Of a stretch of DNA of 54,775 nucleotides, positions 25,628 through 33,852 are shown piece after piece. Every line of letters begins with the position of its first letter. Within the stretch, counting starts at the first letter, position 1. Under the pieces are notes generated by a model that was not told where the DNA came from, made no database searches, and worked only from the letters and a program-made list of their open reading frames with translations. The stretch spans positions 1 through 54,775 of the forward strand of contig JAHBAR020000033.1 in the NCBI GenBank assembly GCA_018500015.2, read 5' to 3'. The translations under genes were made by a program, and so were the position numbers. This DNA is from Candidatus Kerfeldbacteria bacterium (GTDB lineage Bacteria; Patescibacteriota; Patescibacteriia; UBA9570; XYC2-FULL-38-9).

Positions 25628-25701
25628 TTGCGGGGGCCGGATTTGAACCGGCGATCTCCTGGTTATGAGCCAGGCGAGCTGCCAGACTGCTCCACCCCGC
25701 G
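25628..25701 (-). tRNA. tRNA-fMet (CAT), no encoded CCA
   Basis: CGCGGGGTGGAGCAGTCTGGCAGCTCGCCTGGCTCATAACCAGGAGATCGCCGGTTCAAATCCGGCCCCCGCAA; C1:A72 mismatch. Confidence 0.93.
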
Positions 25702-25760
25702 CATCAGCGAAGGAAATTCCCTCAATAATGCTCAATGTAGAGGTCTGTAGATCGAAAGTG

Positions 25761-25789
25761 ACTATACAAGAAACGAGACTTACTGTCAA
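25761..25789 (-). promoter_or_regulatory. Promoter of tRNA-fMet
   Basis: TTGACA-17nt-TATAGT on the minus strand. Confidence 0.75.
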
Positions 25790-25822
25790 CTATAGTTGTC
25801 CGTGTGTGGTATACTGTAGGGT

Positions 25823-27553
25823 ATGAAAAAAGCACATCTCTTGAGCATAGCTTCGTTGATGATGATGATCTTGTTGAGTGCTGTAGTGTTTGCTTCCCAA
25901 ACTCGGGCTGCAGGAGGTGAGCATATTGATTCTTTTGCTGTTGATGTCAGCGTCAATACAGACAACTCAATCGATGTAGAAGAGACGATCATGTACAATA
26001 CAGGAGGAACATATCGTCATGGCATATATCGGGATATTCGCCCATATTCTTCGCAGAATCGTCACATGTTGATTCAGAATATTCGTGTGACGGATGAAAA
26101 GTATATTCAACACCCATTTGAGACCTCGTATGTGGGCGGCAACCTTCGTTTGAAAATTGGTGATCCAGACACAACGTTTACAGGAGAGAAAACATATGTG
26201 ATTCGATACCACGCAACTCGAGCTGTTGCACATTTTGCAGAAAACGATGAAATATACTGGAACGCATTAGGGAATGCATGGACAATGCCCATTGATGTCG
26301 CGCTTGTAAGTGTTCATCTTCCAAATGCAGTCCAAGCGACGCAGTCATCGTGCTATGTAGGTCTATATGGGAGCGCTGACACACTTCCTATTACACAGGA
26401 TACACATATGTATGTGTGTGGTACATACCAGATCGCAGAAGGTGAGGATCTTACAATTGCCGTAGGTTTTCCAAAAGGAGTGGTGAATGACTATTCTGCA
26501 ACAGAAGAATTTTTTGCAACATACCTACCTTGGATGATTGGTGTCGGTGTCCCGTTGGTCGTGGGTATCTTGTGTTTTTGGTATTGGTATAAAAAAGGTC
26601 GCGATCCAAAAGGACGAGGCGTAATCATTCCGCAATATGATGTTCCTGATAATCTCTCGCCATGGGAAGTTGATGGCATCGTGAACCAAAAGGTACAATC
26701 AAAAAACATTTCAGCAGAGATTGTGTATTTGGCTACTCAAGGGTTTTTGCGTATTGAAGAGATCGAGAAAACCGGAATGCTCAGCGCGTTGCAAAAAACT
26801 GATTATCGTTTTGTTCGCATTGGGCAGACTCTTCCACAAACACGTATAAGTCGACAATTGCTCAACGAACTTTTTCCAGAGGGAAGAACAGAAATTGTCC
26901 TTTCTTCTTTGAAGAATCATTTTTACAAACAAACAAAGATAATCATCAAAACAGTACTGAACGCCCTTGTTCAAAAAAAATATTACAGCAATTTAGGTGC
27001 AATGAAGCCAGCAGCGGCTATTTTTCCGCTATTTATCCTTGTGTTTTTTTGGACTGCTCCAGCACTTTTTTCAAATAATTCATTCGGTATCTTTTTTACG
27101 CCGTATGACTGGGTAATTATGGGAATTGGTTTTACTCTATCAATTGTAATGGTCATTGTGTGTACTCGTTTGAGTCCTGCAAAAACTCCAAAAGGTGTCG
27201 AGACAAAAGAATATCTTCTTGGACTAAAGGAGTATTTGCAAATTGCAGAAAAGGATCGCCTTCAATTTCATAACGCGCCGGACAAGAAGCCGGAAGTGTT
27301 TGAGAAATTGCTACCGTACGCAATGGTGCTTGGTGTTACTTCGATTTGGGCAAAAGAGTTTGTTGATGTGTATACAACACCTCCATCGTGGTACGTTGGA
27401 ACGCATGGAAGTACATTTAATGCAGTGATATTTTCCCATTCACTCACCTCATTTTCTGCATACGCTGGAACTTCTATGACTTCCGCGCCAGGGAGTGCAG
27501 GTGGCGGTTTTTCTGGTGGTGGTGGCGGAGGAGGCGGTGGTGGAGGATGGTAA
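25823..27553 (+). CDS. DUF2207 family membrane protein
   Basis: HGIYRDI, DEIYWNALG, EKLLPYAMVLG and a Gly-rich GGGGGGGW C-terminus. Confidence 0.9.
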   Translation: MKKAHLLSIASLMMMILLSAVVFASQTRAAGGEHIDSFAVDVSVNTDNSIDVEETIMYNTGGTYRHGIYRDIRPYSSQNRHMLIQNIRVTDEKYIQHPFETSYVGGNLRLKIGDPDTTFTGEKTYVIRYHATRAVAHFAENDEIYWNALGNAWTMPIDVALVSVHLPNAVQATQSSCYVGLYGSADTLPITQDTHMYVCGTYQIAEGEDLTIAVGFPKGVVNDYSATEEFFATYLPWMIGVGVPLVVGILCFWYWYKKGRDPKGRGVIIPQYDVPDNLSPWEVDGIVNQKVQSKNISAEIVYLATQGFLRIEEIEKTGMLSALQKTDYRFVRIGQTLPQTRISRQLLNELFPEGRTEIVLSSLKNHFYKQTKIIIKTVLNALVQKKYYSNLGAMKPAAAIFPLFILVFFWTAPALFSNNSFGIFFTPYDWVIMGIGFTLSIVMVIVCTRLSPAKTPKGVETKEYLLGLKEYLQIAEKDRLQFHNAPDKKPEVFEKLLPYAMVLGVTSIWAKEFVDVYTTPPSWYVGTHGSTFNAVIFSHSLTSFSAYAGTSMTSAPGSAGGGFSGGGGGGGGGGGW

Positions 27554-27607
27554 AGTACGATTGACAGTCGGCTTTCTCTTGTATACAGTATCTCCTGCTA
27601 CTTCTTT

Positions 27608-27689
27608 GCCGGGGTGGCGGAACTGGCAGACGCACGCGACTCAAGATCGCGCGGAGAAATCCATAAGGGTTCGATTCCCTTCCTCGGCA
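27608..27689 (+). tRNA. tRNA-Leu (CAA), no encoded CCA
   Basis: GCCGGGGTGGCGGAACTGGCAGACGCACGCGACTCAAGATCGCG...GGTTCGATTCCCTTCCTCGGCA with a long variable arm; TTGACA-17-TACAGT upstream at 27561. Confidence 0.93.
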
Positions 27690-27695
27690 CAGTTT

Positions 27696-27727
27696 AAGAA
27701 AAGCGCCCGATAGTGGGTGTTTTTCTT
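27696..27727 (+). terminator. Intrinsic terminator after tRNA-Leu
   Basis: AAGAAAAGCGCCC / GGGTGTTTTTCTT. Confidence 0.65.
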
Positions 27728-27752
27728 ATGCGTGTGGTATACTGCCTAAGAT

Positions 27753-28577
27753 ATGTCTCGAGTGATTTCGATCGTCAATCAAAAAGGTGGAGTCGGTAAA
27801 ACCACAACTTCAGTAAGCCTTGCGGCAGCCCTTGTAAAAGAAGGAAAAAAAGTGCTTTTGCTCGATATGGATGCGCAGGGGAATGCGACATCTGGTCTTG
27901 GCGTTGATCCAGCCAACTGCACAAAAACAATTTATGACGTAATAATTGGTGAATCACGTTTGTCGGAGGTGATTGTAAGTACTGTTGTTGATGGCTTGCA
28001 TCTTGTGCCAGCAAACGCCGATCTTTCTGGAGCAACAGTAGAGCTTGTCTCTGTTGAGCGTCGCGAATTTCGTTTGCGTGAAGCGGTACAAGAAGTGCTT
28101 GGTTACTATGATTTTATTTTTATTGATTGTCCGCCCTCACTTGGTGTACTCACAATCAACGGTATCGTTGCGTCTGACGAAGTGATTATTCCAGTACAAA
28201 CAGAGTATTATGCACTCGAAGGTCTTGGGCAGCTGTTACAAACGATCCAACTCATCAAGGAGCATTTGCATCCAGAGCTCGTAATTCTTGGCGCGGTGCT
28301 TACCATGTATGATAAGCGTTATAGACTCTCTGAAGGAGTGTTTCGTGACATGTATCAACATTTTCCCCATCGCGTGTTCCGTTCGGTGATTCCTCGTAAC
28401 GTGCGCCTTGCTGAAGCACCGTCCTATGGAAAGCCGATCACGCAGTATGATCCGTCATCAAAAGGCGCGCGCGCCTACCAAAAGCTTGCGAGGGAAGTGC
28501 TGATTACAGAAAAAAATTCACCAATTCGACACGATATACCACAAGAGATCAACGAAGATGACACCTATGATCAATAA
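27753..28577 (+). CDS. parA: ParA/Soj ATPase
   Basis: NQKGGVGKTT, DMDAQGNAT, IDCPPSLG, IPRNVRLAEAPSYG. Confidence 0.95.
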   Translation: MSRVISIVNQKGGVGKTTTSVSLAAALVKEGKKVLLLDMDAQGNATSGLGVDPANCTKTIYDVIIGESRLSEVIVSTVVDGLHLVPANADLSGATVELVSVERREFRLREAVQEVLGYYDFIFIDCPPSLGVLTINGIVASDEVIIPVQTEYYALEGLGQLLQTIQLIKEHLHPELVILGAVLTMYDKRYRLSEGVFRDMYQHFPHRVFRSVIPRNVRLAEAPSYGKPITQYDPSSKGARAYQKLAREVLITEKNSPIRHDIPQEINEDDTYDQ

Positions 28578-29460
28578 AAATCCAAAAGGACTTGGTCGCG
28601 GACTCAGCTCACTCATCCCAACACAATCGCAAAAGCTTCACATCGCATCACAAGTGCGCCTTACAGAAAAAGCACAACATGGATTGATGGATCTGCCAAT
28701 TGATTCAATTACCCCAAACCCTTTCCAGCCGCGCCTGCATTTTGATGAGCGCGATTTACGAGAGCTCGCAGACTCGATTGCAGAATACGGCGTGCTTGAA
28801 CCAGTGGTCGTGACTTCGGCGGGAGTAGGAAAGTGGCAATTGATTGCTGGCGAGCGTCGTTTTCGCGCATCGCAACTTGCCGGCAAAATAACAATCCCTG
28901 CAATTGTGCGTACAGCAACTGAGCTTGAACGTTTGGAAATTGCATTGATCGAAAATATTCAGCGCGCAGATCTCAATCCAATCGAACAAGCACAGTCACT
29001 CGCAAAACTTGTGAAGGATTTTGGTCTAACTCAAGAACAAGCTGCAAAAAAACTTGGGATCGCACGCTCCTCTCTCGCAAATTCTATTCGTTTACTTGAG
29101 TTGCCTGACGAGATTCAGCAAGGTTTGATGGAACGTAAAATTACAGAGGGGCATGCTAAAGTATTACTTGGAATCGAAAACGCTCAAGCACAGCTTGAGC
29201 TCTACAAGCAGATGACTTCTGGTCGCGCAATGTCTGTGAAGGAGTTGTCGTCAATCGCAAAAACAAATCAATCATCAAAGAAGCACTCTGTGGTTACTGT
29301 TGTACGTGATTTTGAAACGCGAGCACTTGAAGAAGAGATGCAAAAAGCGCTTGGAACAAAAGTACGCATCGAACCCGGGGCAAAGGGAAAAAAGAGTATT
29401 GTGATCGATACCTTTTCTCCAGAGCAAATGCAGGCAATTGTCCGTAAATTGACACAGTGA
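28558..29460 (+). CDS. parB: ParB/Spo0J
   Basis: GLGRGL, PNPFQPR, IAGERRFRA, ENIQRADL, HTH. Alternative start at 28567. Confidence 0.95.
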   Translation: MTPMINKNPKGLGRGLSSLIPTQSQKLHIASQVRLTEKAQHGLMDLPIDSITPNPFQPRLHFDERDLRELADSIAEYGVLEPVVVTSAGVGKWQLIAGERRFRASQLAGKITIPAIVRTATELERLEIALIENIQRADLNPIEQAQSLAKLVKDFGLTQEQAAKKLGIARSSLANSIRLLELPDEIQQGLMERKITEGHAKVLLGIENAQAQLELYKQMTSGRAMSVKELSSIAKTNQSSKKHSVVTVVRDFETRALEEEMQKALGTKVRIEPGAKGKKSIVIDTFSPEQMQAIVRKLTQ

Positions 29461-29475
29461 TTTTAGAGGCTATCG

Positions 29476-31002
29476 CTAGTTTCGTGGGCGGATTTTGAGT
29501 ATGTCGAGGAATCGTCGATTCTTTTTGTTTGTGTAGCTTCGAATGTGATGGCGTGCGTTATTTGTTTTGACAAACTCGAGCCAATCAGCTGAAGGGCCCT
29601 TGCGTTGAGGGTTCACAAGAATTTCAACCACGTCACCGTTTTTTAACGTAGTGTCTAGTGAAGCTTGTTGATCGTTAATGCGCACTCCTGAACACGTATT
29701 TCCTAAATCAGAGTGAATGCGGTAGGCAAAATCGACGGGTGTTGCTTCTTCTGGAAGCTCAATTACATCACCGCGTGGAGTGAAAACGAAAATATGATTT
29801 TGGAAAAAGTCAATTTTAAGATCTTCCAAAAATTGTTCACCTGATTTTTCTTGTATTTGCAATGCAGCAAGGTCGCGCACCCACGCCATTTTTTGATCAA
29901 TCGCCCCTTTTGATTTTGGACGCTCTTTATATTTCCAGTGTGCAGCAATACCGTACTCGGCCTCTTCGTGCATTTCGGGTGTACGAATTTGAATCTCTAT
30001 GATTTCTGCATTCTCACCAGATGGAATAAATTGTGGCGGAGCAAAAACAGTGGTGTGCAGCGATTGATAACCGTTTGGCTTCGGCTGGGCGATGTAATCT
30101 TTGATGCGCCCTTTCAGTGGTTTACAGACTTCGTGCACAATACCGAGTGCCGCATAACACATTGCAATATTTGGCACAAGAACTCGCACAGCAACGAGGT
30201 CGTATACTTTTTCAATGTCACGTTGATGTTTGATCAGTTTTTTGTATGTTGAAAATAAATGCTTTGCGCGACCATGAATGGAGAGTACAGACACATCGTG
30301 CGTGGTAAACGCGTCCATGAGAAATTGTTGAAAGCCCTCAACAAATTTTTCCTTTTCTTTAAACTGCGGCAAGATTTTCTTTGTGAGCCATTTGTACTCT
30401 TCTGGGTAGACATATGGAAACGCCAAATCCTCGATGCGGCCTTTGATAATGCCCATGCCTAAGCGATTTGCAATCGGTGCAAAAATTTCCAAGCTTTCAA
30501 GAGCAACACGTTTTTGTTTTTCAGGAGGGAGCGCATCAAGCGTTTCGAGGTTGTCGATGCGATCGGCAAACTTAATCAAGATAACGCGCACATCTTGCGC
30601 CATTGCAACAAACATCCGACGCAAATTTTCGACATACCGATCGGCACCGCGATATTTGAGCTTGCCCAGCTTGGTGATTCCTTCAACCAATGTTGCAATT
30701 TCTTTTCCAAATCGCGCTTCGATATCCTCAAGTGTTTTTTCTGTATCTTCAGGAACATCATGGAGTAGAGTTGCCGCAATAGTGCGTTCATCAAGGCCGA
30801 GGTCGGCGAGTGTCATCGCAGCGCCAAGCGGATGCACGATGTATGGCATGCCAGATTTGCGCAGCTGTGGACCGTGCGCATCTTTGGCAAATATAAATGC
30901 TTCTCGAATTAGCTGTCCATCGCAACTGGGATGGTACGATTGAACAGTATGAACGACATCGTCGATTGTTTTACCATGAATGTTTTGAATTGCACCTTCC
31001 AT
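29476..31002 (-). CDS. relA: Short RelA/SpoT homologue (HD + synthetase + TGS)
   Basis: PYIVHP, LLHDVPED, ADRIDN, RIKDY, YQSLHT, EIQIRT, TPVDFAYRIH. Likely true start MEGAIQ at 31002; no ACT domain. Confidence 0.9.
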   Translation of the reverse strand: MEGAIQNIHGKTIDDVVHTVQSYHPSCDGQLIREAFIFAKDAHGPQLRKSGMPYIVHPLGAAMTLADLGLDERTIAATLLHDVPEDTEKTLEDIEARFGKEIATLVEGITKLGKLKYRGADRYVENLRRMFVAMAQDVRVILIKFADRIDNLETLDALPPEKQKRVALESLEIFAPIANRLGMGIIKGRIEDLAFPYVYPEEYKWLTKKILPQFKEKEKFVEGFQQFLMDAFTTHDVSVLSIHGRAKHLFSTYKKLIKHQRDIEKVYDLVAVRVLVPNIAMCYAALGIVHEVCKPLKGRIKDYIAQPKPNGYQSLHTTVFAPPQFIPSGENAEIIEIQIRTPEMHEEAEYGIAAHWKYKERPKSKGAIDQKMAWVRDLAALQIQEKSGEQFLEDLKIDFFQNHIFVFTPRGDVIELPEEATPVDFAYRIHSDLGNTCSGVRINDQQASLDTTLKNGDVVEILVNPQRKGPSADWLEFVKTNNARHHIRSYTNKKNRRFLDILKIRPRN

Positions 31003-31036
31003 ATATGGCGTATACTCTAGCGCTAAAATGCTTTGC

Positions 31037-31066
31037 TTGACAAGAGCTCTCTTTGTAAAGTAACCT
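31037..31066 (+). promoter_or_regulatory. Putative promoter of the large ncRNA
   Basis: TTGACA-18nt-TAACCT; no plus-strand CDS downstream. Confidence 0.6.
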
Positions 31067-31072
31067 GTCGCC

Positions 31073-31476
31073 ACTTTTACAGAGACAGTAGGCGGAGGAA
31101 AGCCTGCTGTATATCGTGTGTAGAGCTCACACTGTCGCGGCCCTAAGCCGATAGGGTGCTGTGCTTTGTTCTCGCACATGATTTGTGGGCGGTGACGTTG
31201 TTCTCCCAACGTCGGCTGGGATCGCGATTGAGCGGTCGCAGATGAACATGAGAGCTCCGCAGAGGCTCTCTGAAAGATTGTCTTCCTTGGACGCTGCGTA
31301 GAGGTACTCGAGTCGAGGCCGCAGCAAAAAAGGAGTGGTGTGAGTTTATGAAGCGAATGCGACTCGCAAGAGTCGCTCCACTGGCGATTGCCAATTAGCT
31401 TCTGCTCACTGCTGCTCATAGGCAGTCGGAAAAAATGTTCATCAAATCCCGGCAAACCGTTAACACCTCTGTAGAA
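31073..31476 (+). ncRNA. Unidentified ~400-nt highly structured RNA
   Basis: Nested long-range helices plus about 8 local hairpins; G-U pairs and a GCAA tetraloop favour the plus strand (see findings). Confidence 0.7.
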
Positions 31477-31477
31477 T

Positions 31478-31565
31478 AGCTTTTGATGTGTCTCTCATTG
31501 ATGCGCGCCAGCCTCCTAAGGGCGCCGCAGCATGAATAGAGCACCTCTCAAAAGCTTTTCTTTTT
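31478..31565 (+). terminator. Long hairpin + U tract between the ncRNA and convergent topA
   Basis: AGCTTTTGA...TCAAAAGCT closes an ~80-nt irregular hairpin, followed by TTTCTTTTT. Confidence 0.5.
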
Positions 31566-31573
31566 GAAAACAT

Positions 31574-33769
31574 TTAGAGAGCGGTGGGTTGAATGGTGTA
31601 TGTACACTCTTTGCTCGAACATTTGATCGATCCTTTTGGACCAAAGACAAGCAAGCTTTTGCACACTGGGCAGACTTCGCCGGTGGGCTTTGTCCAGAAC
31701 GCGGTTTTGCATTCAGGGTAGCGATTGCATGAGTAAAATGATTTACCGTATCGTGAGCGCTTTTCAATGAGGTCGCCTTCGTTGCAGGTTGGGCACTTGA
31801 TGCCGATTTTTTTCTCGATGTTCATGATATTCTTGCACTCTGGGTATCCGGAGCAGGCGAGGAATTGACCATATCGACCATTTTTGCGCACCATCGGTTT
31901 ACCACACTTGTCGCACTTGATGTCGATCGGCTCTTCTTTTACGATGTGGCCTTCTTTGTCGATTTGTTGGGTAGTTTTGCATTCAGGGTAGCCAGTGCAT
32001 GCGAGGAATTTACCGAAACGACCAAATTTGACGATCATCGGTTTACCACACTTTGGACATTTTTCGTCAGATTTTTCTTCAACGATGTCGCTCTTCTGAA
32101 TCTCTTTTTCTTTTTGAATGAGATGTTCTTTAAATGGACCATAAAACTCTTTGAGCACAGGTTGCCATTCTTTTTCACCTTCTGCGATGTGATCCAGACT
32201 CAGTTCCATGTTTGCGGTGAAATCAAAATCAACAATTTCAGGGAAGTGTTCGACGAGGAGATCGTTGACCAAAAATCCAACCTCTTCTGGAATAAGTGAG
32301 CGTTGCTCTTTGCGCACGTAGCCACGATCTTGCACCGTCGCAATTGTTGGTGCGTACGTTGAAGGGCGACCGATGCCACGCTCTTCTAATGCTTTGACGA
32401 GCGCAGCTTCTGTGTAGCGCGCTGGTGGTTCGGTGAAATGTTGCTTACCTTCCACGCCCGCGCAACTCAGCTCTTGTTTTTCTTTAAGAGTTGGAAGTTC
32501 ATTGTCAGTATTTTTTTCTGGCATTGCAGCAATCCACCCTGGGAATTCGATCATCGAGCCAGTGAGGCGGAACACACCCTCGTTTGCCGCGATGTCGATT
32601 GTGGTTGCTTTGTAGCGCGCAGCAGACATTTGTGATGCTACAGCGCGGCGCCAAATCAAATCGTACATTTTGAACTGTTTTGGATCCAAGTGTGACTTGA
32701 TGCTTTCAGGGGTGATCGAGACATCGGTAGGACGAATGGCTTCGTGTGCTTCTTGAGCGCCTTTGGATTTTGTTTTGTAGGTTGTGCGTGCGGAGTATTC
32801 TTTGCCAAATTCTTTGGTGATCATCGCTTCTGCTTCTGACAAAAACTTCTCTGACAAATTGAGTGAGTCAGTACGCATGTACGTAATCAAGCCTGTGGAC
32901 GCGCCGTCGACCTCAACACCTTCGTAGAGTTGTTGAGCAAGCATCATCGTTTGTTTCGCAGAATACCCTAAACGGTTGTTCGACTCTTGCTGCAAAGTGG
33001 ATGTGGTGAACGGTGCTGATGCTTTGCGTGTGCGTTCTTTGTATTCAATCGAAGTGATAGTGTGTTTTGCATCATTGAGTGAAGCGAGCATCTTATCCGC
33101 CTCCTCTTTGTTTTCGATCGACAATTTTTTGAGCGCTTCACCTTTATATGAGTGTAAGTTGGCAATGTGCTCAACACCTTCGACAGTATACTTTGCTTCA
33201 ATCGACCAATACTCTTCTGGTTTGAATGCCGCAATGGAGCGCTCACGCTCAACAATCAAGCGCACGACAACAGATTGGACGCGACCAGCAGACAATCCAC
33301 GGTACACTTTTTTCCAAAGAAAAGGGGAGAGTTCATAGCCAACGAGGCGATCGAGGATGCGACGTGCTTGTTGTGCGTCTACCAAGCGAATATCAAGCTT
33401 CCGTGGGTGTTCCAAAGCGCCTAAGATCGCTTCTTTGGTGATTTCGTGAAACGTGATGCGTTTCATGTGATCGACATCACCCAAAATTTCGCGTAAGTGC
33501 CAAGCTATCGCTTCTCCTTCACGGTCTTCGTCAGTTGCGAGATAAATTTCGTCCGCTTTTTTCGCGAGCTTCTTTAGTTCCGTGACATGTTTTTTACTCT
33601 TCATCGGCACGATATACGTCGGCTCGAAGTTGTGCTCGACATCAACACCAATTTTGCTTTTTGGTAAATCACGTACGTGACCAAATGATGAAGTCACGGT
33701 GTACCCTTTACCTAAAAATCGAGTAATAGTTTTTGCTTTTGTTGGAGATTCGACGATGACAAGCTTCAT
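31574..33769 (-). CDS. topA: DNA topoisomerase I with C-terminal Zn ribbons
   Basis: MKLVIVESPTKAKTI, ATDEDREGEAI, SAGRVQS, LITYMRTDS, QEAHEAIRPT, GIGRPSTYA, repeated CPKC...FLACTGYPEC. Confidence 0.96.
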   Translation of the reverse strand: MKLVIVESPTKAKTITRFLGKGYTVTSSFGHVRDLPKSKIGVDVEHNFEPTYIVPMKSKKHVTELKKLAKKADEIYLATDEDREGEAIAWHLREILGDVDHMKRITFHEITKEAILGALEHPRKLDIRLVDAQQARRILDRLVGYELSPFLWKKVYRGLSAGRVQSVVVRLIVERERSIAAFKPEEYWSIEAKYTVEGVEHIANLHSYKGEALKKLSIENKEEADKMLASLNDAKHTITSIEYKERTRKASAPFTTSTLQQESNNRLGYSAKQTMMLAQQLYEGVEVDGASTGLITYMRTDSLNLSEKFLSEAEAMITKEFGKEYSARTTYKTKSKGAQEAHEAIRPTDVSITPESIKSHLDPKQFKMYDLIWRRAVASQMSAARYKATTIDIAANEGVFRLTGSMIEFPGWIAAMPEKNTDNELPTLKEKQELSCAGVEGKQHFTEPPARYTEAALVKALEERGIGRPSTYAPTIATVQDRGYVRKEQRSLIPEEVGFLVNDLLVEHFPEIVDFDFTANMELSLDHIAEGEKEWQPVLKEFYGPFKEHLIQKEKEIQKSDIVEEKSDEKCPKCGKPMIVKFGRFGKFLACTGYPECKTTQQIDKEGHIVKEEPIDIKCDKCGKPMVRKNGRYGQFLACSGYPECKNIMNIEKKIGIKCPTCNEGDLIEKRSRYGKSFYSCNRYPECKTAFWTKPTGEVCPVCKSLLVFGPKGSIKCSSKECTYTIQPTAL

Positions 33770-33852
33770 GCGGGTGAAAAAAGTGTTAATGCCACAGTTA
33801 TACACTGCCATTGTTTTTTTTGTCAATCAGTGATACGTTGCACGGAAGAATT

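Noticed and set aside
27498-27550. GGT/GGC/GGA-rich low-complexity tract
   Set aside because: It encodes the normal Gly-rich tail of DUF2207 proteins.
27753-29460. parS sites or oriC near parAB
   Set aside because: No good GTTTCACGTGAAAC match seen; only two isolated DnaA-box matches (near 21846 and 39519), both inside genes.
31003-31455. 151-codon N-terminal extension of Rel in the ORF track
   Set aside because: It is not Rel-like, is antisense to the structured RNA, and Rel homology begins at MEGAIQ (31002).
31085-31461. RNase P RNA (GAGGAAAG and AATCCCGGC resemble P4 strands)
   Set aside because: The two segments cannot form P4, GAGGAAAG sits in a closed hairpin loop, and other conserved regions are missing.
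31478-31556. SRP (4.5S) RNA
   Set aside because: No CAGG-GNRA-AGCA helix-8 motif on either strand.
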